Below, in pieces: positions 27,234 to 35,153 of a stretch of DNA of 64,000 nt. Within the stretch, counting starts at the first letter, position 1. Every line of letters begins with the position of its first letter. Below the pieces are notes generated by a model that searched no databases, was not told the DNA's origin, and was given only the letters and a program-made list of their open reading frames with translations. Source of the stretch: a bacterium (GTDB lineage: Bacteria > Hydrothermota > Tepidihabitantia > Tepidihabitantales > Tepidihabitantaceae). Position numbers and translations under genes: made by a program. The DNA lies in NCBI GenBank assembly GCA_035505375.1, contig DATJQV010000075.1:83393-147392 (forward strand), in the 5' to 3' direction.

Positions 27234-28384
27234 GATGCCGCGGCCGGACGGGCAATGCGGCAGACCAGGACGTCGTTCGTCTTGTTCTTGACGTTGGCGA
27301 CTACGTATGCGTCGCCGTTGACGACCAGGTCGACGCCTTCCGCATCCGAGCCGGCAGCGTACTGCCGTTCCCAGACCGACAACGCCGTGGGTTTGTACTG
27401 GAACACGAGCAGCTTGCCCGGCTCCTGCTTGCCGGCTACCGGCCTGCCGGCGTAGAGCTTGCCGCAGACGAAGACGTCTGCGTCCCTGGTGACGAAGATG
27501 CCTTTGCCGGTCGCCTGCGCCTGAGCGCCGTAGGCGGCCTTTCTTATCGCGCCGCCGGCAGCGTCATACTCGAGTATCACGCAGCGTACCGAGTCGCCGA
27601 CGGCCGCGGTCGCGGTCGCGAGGATGTTCCCGAACGGGTCGAAGACAATGTCCCCGGGCTCGTCGTCGCCGCCCGAGTCGTAGCGCCTGGACCAGAGCGT
27701 GTCACCATCCGGTTTCAACATCATGAGGGTGACGTCCGCGCCGGCCGCGTTGTCGCTGCGCAGCCCGACCAGCGCGAGGTTGCCCTTCGGGTCGCAGTCA
27801 ATGCGAGCGGCGACGTCGTTGTGGCTCTGGTCGTAGTTCCTGACCCAGTCGGTCCGGCCGTCGCTCCTTTCGAGTTCGGCGACCATGTAGTCGGTGTTCG
27901 TGTCGGAGCCGGCCGCGCCGCAGACTGCAATCTTGTCCCCGGGGACCGGGCAGATGCCCATACCCCAGGTTCTGTCGCCGACGCTCAGCGCCTTCTGCCA
28001 GGCGATATTGCCGTCCGGGGCGTAGCGGCAGACCAGGCAGAGCTGCTTGCCATCCACGCGTGTGCGTCCCACGGCGTATAGGTGTCCGAGGCTGTCGCAC
28101 CAGAGGTCCTGGCATTCCGCCCACGCCGAGCCCTTGTAGTTCTGCGTCCAGACTTCCTGGCCGTTCTTGTCCAGCTTGGTAACATACCAGCCGGCGTGGT
28201 CCGAGCCACCCGGCTTGGTGGCGATGAAGCTGACGTAGTAATTGGAGCCATCACTGGCGATGGCGGTGGCGGTTTCATCTCCGCCGAGGTCGATCAGTTT
28301 CTGCCAGACCACGACGTTCTGACCGCAGCCCAAGAGCACGAGCGCAAGCAGGGCTGCCGTCACGACGCGCACTGCCGTCTTCAT
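27215..28384 (-). CDS. beta-propeller (SBBP-like repeat) lipoprotein
   Basis: Start placed at internal ATG 28384 with an AGGAGG RBS. Signal peptide with LLGC lipobox. About seven ~45-aa repeats with the G.D..W..Y pattern. Confidence 0.5.
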   Translation of the reverse strand: MKTAVRVVTAALLALVLLGCGQNVVVWQKLIDLGGDETATAIASDGSNYYVSFIATKPGGSDHAGWYVTKLDKNGQEVWTQNYKGSAWAECQDLWCDSLGHLYAVGRTRVDGKQLCLVCRYAPDGNIAWQKALSVGDRTWGMGICPVPGDKIAVCGAAGSDTNTDYMVAELERSDGRTDWVRNYDQSHNDVAARIDCDPKGNLALVGLRSDNAAGADVTLMMLKPDGDTLWSRRYDSGGDDEPGDIVFDPFGNILATATAAVGDSVRCVILEYDAAGGAIRKAAYGAQAQATGKGIFVTRDADVFVCGKLYAGRPVAGKQEPGKLLVFQYKPTALSVWERQYAAGSDAEGVDLVVNGDAYVVANVKNKTNDVLVCRIARPAAASWPPGR

Positions 28385-28657
28385 GGGATTCCTCCTGGTA
28401 AGCATGCCTGCCGGTCTATCATCACACTCTGATATTGCCAAATAACCGGAGGGATTCAAGGACATGCGCGCGCAGGAAAAGGCCGAAGCTTGAATACCGA
28501 GGCTCGATTGAAGCTAGAATGGAGGCAAATGACGAAGTCGGATCCCAGTCTTCGAGCTTCGGGTTTTGCCCTCACTCAATCGTCATTCGAACTTCGCACT
28601 TCGAGCTTTGCCCTGCCTTTGCCTTCCGGCTTCACCTGAGGTATTATCCGACTCCAC

Positions 28658-29734
28658 ATGGCCACGGACTTCCTGGGTCGATTCGATAGCCAGGTCGCGC
28701 GGGTATTCAAGTACGCGGCGCGCGCGGCGTGGAATAACCCGAAGCAGGCGCTTTTCTTCGCCCGCACCCAGGCCGCCCAGGCGCGCTCGGCCCGGCGGCG
28801 CGACAAGCAGCGCGAGCGCGGCATTCAGGTGCCGCCGCTCGTCATCGCCAGCATCACCAGCCGCTGCAACCTCCACTGCCGCGGGTGCTATGCTCGAGCC
28901 CGGCACGGCTCGCGCCGGCCCGAGCTCACCGACCAGCAGTGGGCCGACCTTTTCTCGCAGGCGCAGAAGCTGGGTGTCTCGGTCATAATGCTCGCGGGCG
29001 GCGAACCGCTCCTGAAGCCGCAAATCCTCGATGTCACGCGCCAGTTCCCGGACATCACATTCCCGCTCTTCACCAACGGGCTGCTGCAGGACGATGCGAT
29101 TGTCGCCCGGTTCCGAGGCCAGCCGCAGGTCATCCCGGTGTTGAGCATTGAGGGCTGGGAACCGGAAACCGACACGCGGCGGGGCAGCGGCGTGTTTGAG
29201 TCCGTGGCTGCTGCCGCCGGGAAGCTGCGGGCCGCCGGGCTCTTCTTCGGGGTGTCGCTCACGGTCACGCGCCGGAATTTCGAGGCTGTGACGGCCGAAG
29301 GACTGGTCCAAGCGCTCATCGGGAACGGGTGCAGCCTGTTCATCTTCGTCGAGTACACGCCGGCCGAGCCAGGCACTGAAGACCTGACGCTCCTGCCCGC
29401 ACAGCGGCAGCAACTGGTCGAGTTCTCCGAAGGGATGCAGGTGCGGTCGCGTCCGGTATTCATCGTGTTCCCGGGAGACGAAGAGCAGTTCGGCGGCTGC
29501 CTGGCCGCGGGGCGTGGCTTCGTCCACGTCGGGCCGGACGGCAGTCTTGAGCCTTGCCCGTTCGCGCCCTATTCGGACACGAACGTGACCGACATGCCGC
29601 TCGAACAGGCGCTCGCGTCCGGCCTGCTCAAAGCGATTCGCGACAACCACGACGAACTGAAGGAAACCCGCGGCGGCTGCGCCCTGTGGCGCAGGCGGGA
29701 GTGGGTACAGAGCCTTGCACAGACCAGAAAGTAG
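28658..29734 (+). CDS. radical SAM enzyme with C-terminal Cys-rich (twitch/SPASM-like) region
   Basis: CxxxCxxC motif CNLHCRGC near the N-terminus. SAM-binding GGEPLL. C-terminal GGC...PCPF cysteines. Confidence 0.75.
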   Translation: MATDFLGRFDSQVARVFKYAARAAWNNPKQALFFARTQAAQARSARRRDKQRERGIQVPPLVIASITSRCNLHCRGCYARARHGSRRPELTDQQWADLFSQAQKLGVSVIMLAGGEPLLKPQILDVTRQFPDITFPLFTNGLLQDDAIVARFRGQPQVIPVLSIEGWEPETDTRRGSGVFESVAAAAGKLRAAGLFFGVSLTVTRRNFEAVTAEGLVQALIGNGCSLFIFVEYTPAEPGTEDLTLLPAQRQQLVEFSEGMQVRSRPVFIVFPGDEEQFGGCLAAGRGFVHVGPDGSLEPCPFAPYSDTNVTDMPLEQALASGLLKAIRDNHDELKETRGGCALWRRREWVQSLAQTRK

Positions 29735-29913
29735 AGTTGCAGAGGCCGGAACATTGCCGCAAAGGCACAAAGACACGAAGTCAAGAGGAGCGGCGAAGGC
29801 GGAAGCTGGAAGGCAGAGAAGAGGAAAAGGGGAGTGGATTGGGACATGAGGGAGCGGGTGAGCGTGACGGGCTTCGGCCTGTGTCCCGAGAGTGAAGAAG
29901 TACCGGGACCGGG

Positions 29914-30243
29914 CTAGAGGTTTCTGCAGACCTGCCGGAGGGTCAGGACAACAAGCGACCAGTCGCTGGGAGTGAGTCGCCCCAGCTTCCGATCAACGAT
30001 TTTCCGCGGCAGCGTGGCGACCGTGTGAAGACGGACGACCGACGGGACGAGTAATCCGGCCACGTGCCATTCTTCCAGCGTGACGTCCTGCGGGGTGTTC
30101 GAGAGCTGTCCGGTGACTCGCGCGACCACGATGTCGTCGCCGCCGGTGTCCAGTATCACCATCGCCGGCCGCCGTTTGGGATTGGGTGTGTCGAAGAAGG
30201 GAACCCGCAGGAGGACGATGTCGCCCGCCGCGTATTGTGCCAT
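29914..30243 (-). CDS. PemK/MazF-family type II toxin (endoribonuclease)
   Basis: 109 aa: GDIVLLRVPF...RRPAMVIL...DIVVARVTGQ. Typical MazF/PemK SH3-barrel signature. Confidence 0.7.
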   Translation of the reverse strand: MAQYAAGDIVLLRVPFFDTPNPKRRPAMVILDTGGDDIVVARVTGQLSNTPQDVTLEEWHVAGLLVPSVVRLHTVATLPRKIVDRKLGRLTPSDWSLVVLTLRQVCRNL

Positions 30244-30246
30244 GGC

Positions 30247-30465
30247 TTAGTGTTGGTCGTACACCGCATCCGCCGCGGCGTAGCCGGCAAGGAACTGTTC
30301 GGAGGTCAGTTCGTCCCACGCGGCCAGTTCGTCCGCGTCAGGGGTTTCGGGCATCAGGACCAGCAGTCTTGCCGTCTTGTCCGCGGCCAGCAGCCGGCGC
30401 AGCCGCTCGGGCAGTTCGACCTGGCCCTCGGGTGTAACCTTGGCTGAGAATGCGTAGGCCTTCAT
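30247..30465 (-). CDS. MazE/AbrB-like antitoxin (start at internal ATG 30465)
   Basis: 72 aa. N-terminal swapped-hairpin-like MKAYAFSAKVTPEGQVELPERLRRLL. GAGGA RBS. 3-nt gap to the mazF-like gene. Confidence 0.5.
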   Translation of the reverse strand: MKAYAFSAKVTPEGQVELPERLRRLLAADKTARLLVLMPETPDADELAAWDELTSEQFLAGYAAADAVYDQH

Positions 30466-30683
30466 GTATCCTCGTAATAGTATGCTGCTGATGGAGGCAG
30501 GAGTCAACCTCAGCACGGTCAGACTCTGTAGTCCCGGTCGCCGGACTCGGGCTCGGAGGGGAGGCGGGCGGCAGTGACTTGAGATTCCAGGCGCCGGATT
30601 GCGGATTGGCGCGGCGGAACCGGGAGTCCACGCACAGAAACGGCCGGCAGGGAAGCTGCCGGCCGCGTGTAGTCATGGGACTG

Positions 30684-32684
30684 CTACTTGATCGGTTTCC
30701 CCTGGGTGCCCGCTTGTTCCGGCTTAGAGGTCGGTGTGGCGGGCTTAGAATGCTGTAACGTTGGTTCGGGGCGTGTCCGTTCGCTGGTGCGCAGGAAGTA
30801 CACCTCGCGGAGTTGCGGGCGGTTGAGGGCGTCGGCTGCGGACTTGAGTTGCTTGAACTCGGAGAGCGAGTAGTCCGGTTTCATCAGATGCACCGTGTAG
30901 TAGAAGCTCACGCCGTCCGCTGTTTTCGCCCAGCCGCCTTGCGCCGAGATACCGGCCCCAACCGTGGCGACGGTGTCCGGCAGGATATCCACTTTCACGC
31001 CGGGCGGCAGCTTGATGGTGCACGTGTACTCGTAGCCGCGCGCCGGCTTGGTCTCTACCGGGTTCGTGCGCCGTGAGTTCGACGCGATCCCGAACAGCTC
31101 TTCGGTGACCACGGCCGGGGTGGGCGCTCGCATCGAGAGTTCGCCTTTCTGGGTCACGGCGTAGCGCGGTGCCGTGAAGTGGAAGCCCGCGGTCGCCGGT
31201 TCAGTCAGGTCCTCCAGGTTCGAGAACCAGAAGGAGTCGATTCTTGCGCCGGTCTTGATGGACGAGGCGATCCCGGCCATGTCCCGCTTGCGGTCGGTCG
31301 GAGTCAGGTCGCGCCACTCGTCGCGCAGGGAGTTGTCGTAGCAGCCGCCGGTCACTGTCGTCACGGTTCCGCTGAGGTCGCCGTTCAGCTCAAGCGACAT
31401 CTCGGCGGTCGTGACCGCCAGGTCGCTCGGGTTCGGGCCTGCGCCCGGGCATTTGCCAAGCTGCGTGCTGGTTGAGTCGAGGAGCAGCGCGTCATCTCCG
31501 GCGTCGTCGTCCGGGACGCTGCCGTAGATACGGTACTCGGCGAAGGGGTCGAGCAGCATCGGCTTGCCATCAACGGTGGCCAACGTGGCGAGCCCGTCAA
31601 AGGCGTCTGGCGAGGGCACGCCGACGGGCACATCAGTTTTCGTGTTCATGGCGATGGGCGTCGCCGGGATGCCCTGCGCGTCGAGCAGGCTGATGAGGAG
31701 CCGGTTCTTGTCCCGGCAGTCGCCGTATTTCCAGGTGAGAACATCGGCCGCTTTGTGGGTCTCGTAACCGGCGTCGCCGTAGCCGAGATCGACGCCGCGC
31801 ACCTTCTGGGTGACGTAGAGGAAGATGGCCTTGGCCGCTTCGGCCTTTGTCTTGCCCGCGCTCAAGCTGTCCGAGAACTGTTTCACCGCCGGCGAGGCGA
31901 CGCGGCCTTTGTCGAAGTCTTTGCGCAGTTTGGTCGCTACCTGCTTCCAGTCCTTGTACGACGAGTAGCTCAGCATGGGGACGAGCCGCCGGATGTCGGG
32001 CATCGCCCGCTCGTGGAATATCTGCGGGGTGTTGGTCACGGTCCAGGTGAAGCTGTAGCCGGCGGGCAGGGCTTCGACGACCGGCTTGACGCCGTTCTTG
32101 GACCATGCCTGCGAGAACTGGACCCCTTTGGGCACGACCAGCGTGAATGCGCGCTTCAGGATCGGGTTGGACGCGCCGAACATGACGGTTCCGGAAAAGC
32201 CGTCTTCTTTCGTGCTCTTCTTCGGCTTGACCCGCACGTGGTACTCGATGACCGCGCCCGGCTCCAGGGCCGGGAATGATATCACCTTGAGCATCGCGTT
32301 GGTGTAGGCCATCGCGTCGGCCACCTCGGGCGCCGACACGTCGGATATCGCTCTTGCCTCGGGCTTGACGATGGAGCCGTCGGGCCGGTGGGTGCAGGCC
32401 TCCAGCACTTCCACTGTCTGGCCGTCCTTGTTGAACTTCTGGGTGATTTCGCCAAACTCGTCTCTACCCCGGTCCTCGAATATCTTGACGACGAGATAAC
32501 GGTCCAGCGTGGTCGAGTTGTTCTTGTCCACTGTTACGGTCGTGCGGGAAAGCAGGATGAGCGCGCCGGCCTCGGGATAGGCATCATGGCCCGGCGCCGC
32601 CTTGATGATACTGTCAATCTCGCTGCCGAAGGACAAAGTGATAAGGACTAAGGACAAAACGGCAAGCCATTTTGCACCTTGCAT
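30684..32684 (-). CDS. DUF3857 + transglutaminase-like cysteine-protease domain protein (secreted), paralog 1
   Basis: Transglutaminase-core motif KYGDCRDKN with downstream His/Asp. The start is placed at ATG 32684, because the ORF-track N-terminus MQARIIQNSETRIQSAECK is encoded by a MITE fragment. Confidence 0.65.
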   Translation of the reverse strand: MQGAKWLAVLSLVLITLSFGSEIDSIIKAAPGHDAYPEAGALILLSRTTVTVDKNNSTTLDRYLVVKIFEDRGRDEFGEITQKFNKDGQTVEVLEACTHRPDGSIVKPEARAISDVSAPEVADAMAYTNAMLKVISFPALEPGAVIEYHVRVKPKKSTKEDGFSGTVMFGASNPILKRAFTLVVPKGVQFSQAWSKNGVKPVVEALPAGYSFTWTVTNTPQIFHERAMPDIRRLVPMLSYSSYKDWKQVATKLRKDFDKGRVASPAVKQFSDSLSAGKTKAEAAKAIFLYVTQKVRGVDLGYGDAGYETHKAADVLTWKYGDCRDKNRLLISLLDAQGIPATPIAMNTKTDVPVGVPSPDAFDGLATLATVDGKPMLLDPFAEYRIYGSVPDDDAGDDALLLDSTSTQLGKCPGAGPNPSDLAVTTAEMSLELNGDLSGTVTTVTGGCYDNSLRDEWRDLTPTDRKRDMAGIASSIKTGARIDSFWFSNLEDLTEPATAGFHFTAPRYAVTQKGELSMRAPTPAVVTEELFGIASNSRRTNPVETKPARGYEYTCTIKLPPGVKVDILPDTVATVGAGISAQGGWAKTADGVSFYYTVHLMKPDYSLSEFKQLKSAADALNRPQLREVYFLRTSERTRPEPTLQHSKPATPTSKPEQAGTQGKPIK

Positions 32685-32689
32685 CTTGC

Positions 32690-32735
32690 ATTCGGCACTC
32701 TGGATTCTGGTCTCTGAATTCTGGATTATCCGGGC
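32690..32735. repeat. MITE-like repeat fragment in the 60-bp spacer between the two DUF3857 paralogs
   Basis: CTGGATTCTGGTCTCTGAATTCTGGATTATCC is the reverse complement of the CAGAATTCAGAGACCAGAATCCAG module. Confidence 0.5.
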
Positions 32736-32744
32736 TTGCATTGC

Positions 32745-34685
32745 CTACTCCTCTACCGGCTTCAGCATCACGTGCTGCCGCTCAATCTCCTCGGTCGCGG
32801 CCAGGAGACTGCGCAGGCTCTGGTATTCGGCCACCCGCACCAGCGGGTCTTTGAGCCGGAACCAGGCTTCGTTGGTAAGCTGGTTGCCTTTGACCTTGGT
32901 CTCGGACTTCGCCTCGAACTTGTCGGACGCCTGCTCCAACGAGTCGGGCACGAGCACGGTCTTGAAGCTCTTGGGCAGGGTCAGCTGGTGAACCATGTGC
33001 CAGGTATAGGTGGAGTGGAAATCGATGTCGTACTTCCGTGCCGGCATCGACGAGGCCCAGGCGAAGGCGTTCGAGGTGAACATGCCGTTGCCCGCCTTGG
33101 GCAGGGTGAAGCGGATCGTAGATTTGCGATTGCCGGTTTTCGATTTGAGAACGGTGGCGAAGTCAGGCACCGAGAAGTGGAGCTTCACGACGAGCGGCTG
33201 GTTCAGGTCGCGCGGGTCGGTCATCGCCAGCGTGTCGAGATGTGCGTCGGGCCCGAGCACGTGGAGATAGTTTTCGTAGCGCTGCTTTTGCTGCTGCGGC
33301 GGCAGATACTGGGCGAGCGAGCGCAGGCCGAATTCCTGCTCACCGATCGGGACAAGAACGGCGACGCCGGAGAGCGAACCGTCAGGCGCGAGCGTGTCGT
33401 CGATGCGCACGTCGAGCCGGTTCGAGTCCGCCGGGATGAACGGCGTGTAGCGCAGGCCGTCACCCGCTTTGGTCGCGACCAGCACCCCGCGGTTCATCTC
33501 CGAGGCTGCGTAATACTGGCGCGAATTCTCGGCCGTCGGGTCGAGGTAGTAGATGCTCCCGTCAGCCCGCTTCACCGCCACGGTCGAGTGGTTGAACTGG
33601 TCCACCGGCAGTTCGGAGTCGGTCTGGGTCTCGCCGTTGGTCAGGGTGATGTAGGCGTCGACGCCGGCGTGGCGCAGCATGCCGGTGAGCAGCGCGGCCT
33701 TGTCGCGGCACACGCCGTAGCGCTTCTGATACGTCAGGCTTATCTTCTCCGGCTGATACCCGGCCTTCTTACCCGAGTAGGATGTTTCCACGTAACGGAT
33801 GCGCTGGTTCACGAAGTTGTAGAGCGCGCGGACTTTCGCATCCTCGGTCTTCGCGCCGGCAGTGAGCGAGTCTATGGCGCGGCCTAAGGCCGAATCCACA
33901 TCGTACTGGGTGGAGGAGAGGTTGTAGAACCAGCGGGACCAGGTCTGCCAGTCCGGCTGGGTGCAGATGAACAGCCGCGTCATCGACTCGCCGTACGGCA
34001 TCATCGGCTCGTAGACCAATTTGGGAACGTCGTGCGCCGACCACGTCAGGCGCTGGCGCTTGCCATTCACCGTGAAGTTCGTGTCCACGCTGCCGGCCTT
34101 GACCAGCCAACGCAGCTTCAAAGTGGTCGGAGCGTCGAGGGTATACGCCACGGACAGCAACGGGTCGCCCCCGCTGAAATACTCCTCGTTGTCGTACTGG
34201 CCGTCCATTACCGGGTTGAACGTGACGTCCTCGGTTATCCACTCGACCGACGAGCCGAGCGCGAGTCCGGGGAACTGGATGGACTTCACCCGCACGTTGG
34301 GCAGCACGAATTTCGACCCTTCCTCCAGCGGCATCGGCACGTCCACGATGTCGGACTTCGCGACATTCGTGACCTTGCCGTCGGGCGCTATCACCCGGGC
34401 CAGCTTTACGTCGGCCGTCGAATAGGTCAGGCAGTACCCATCCTCGGGCGTGGCGTATTCCTGCTTGCCCTGCTCGGTCAATATCTTCACCAGCCGGTGC
34501 TCGCGGGTCACGTTCCGGCCGTCGGCCTGGAGCGTGACGAGCGTGGAATCGAACACGATGACCGCGTTCGCGTCCGGGTATTTCGCAAGCGTGATGCCTT
34601 TCAGCAGCGCCACCGGCGGCGCGGCTGCGGCCGCGATGCTTGCGAGGAGCGCAAGAGCCGATACGAGCTTGTTGATTCGAGTCAT
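32745..34685 (-). CDS. DUF3857 + transglutaminase-like cysteine-protease domain protein (secreted), paralog 2
   Basis: Signal peptide MTRINKLVSALALLASIAAAAA. Transglutaminase-core motif RYGVCRDKAALL. Confidence 0.65.
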   Translation of the reverse strand: MTRINKLVSALALLASIAAAAAPPVALLKGITLAKYPDANAVIVFDSTLVTLQADGRNVTREHRLVKILTEQGKQEYATPEDGYCLTYSTADVKLARVIAPDGKVTNVAKSDIVDVPMPLEEGSKFVLPNVRVKSIQFPGLALGSSVEWITEDVTFNPVMDGQYDNEEYFSGGDPLLSVAYTLDAPTTLKLRWLVKAGSVDTNFTVNGKRQRLTWSAHDVPKLVYEPMMPYGESMTRLFICTQPDWQTWSRWFYNLSSTQYDVDSALGRAIDSLTAGAKTEDAKVRALYNFVNQRIRYVETSYSGKKAGYQPEKISLTYQKRYGVCRDKAALLTGMLRHAGVDAYITLTNGETQTDSELPVDQFNHSTVAVKRADGSIYYLDPTAENSRQYYAASEMNRGVLVATKAGDGLRYTPFIPADSNRLDVRIDDTLAPDGSLSGVAVLVPIGEQEFGLRSLAQYLPPQQQKQRYENYLHVLGPDAHLDTLAMTDPRDLNQPLVVKLHFSVPDFATVLKSKTGNRKSTIRFTLPKAGNGMFTSNAFAWASSMPARKYDIDFHSTYTWHMVHQLTLPKSFKTVLVPDSLEQASDKFEAKSETKVKGNQLTNEAWFRLKDPLVRVAEYQSLRSLLAATEEIERQHVMLKPVEE

Positions 34686-35153
34686 GATTTTCTCCGTTTA
34701 ACCTAGGGTGAATATACGGAATTTCCCGACAAGGTCAAAAGCGTGCTGCACAGCGAAGATGGGCCGCGCCGGTAGCGACCCTGATTTTCCCGCAGGGCCG
34801 GGGACGCAGGACGGGAGAGTCGAAGGCGGCAGTTCACCGCTTCCCGCCCTTCCATCTCCGGCTCCGACCCTTTTGACTTCCGGCTTCTCGCCTCTAAGTC
34901 TGCCAGTTGCCGGCTGGTTTGCGGGCCTTCCGGCTTCTTCGTGCGCCAGCCCGCCGGAACACCGGCAAATCAGACCGCTCTACTAAGCTTGACAGACACG
35001 ACCTTTCCCGCTATAACGTCCGCGTGCGAGACTGCATAATGGACGAGCAAACCACCGGCCGACCGCGTCCACTGACCGGAATGGAATACGGCTGTCCCGA
35101 CCGCATGGCATCCAGATGAAGCAGGCGGGAACCCGCCACGGGGGATTCAGAAC

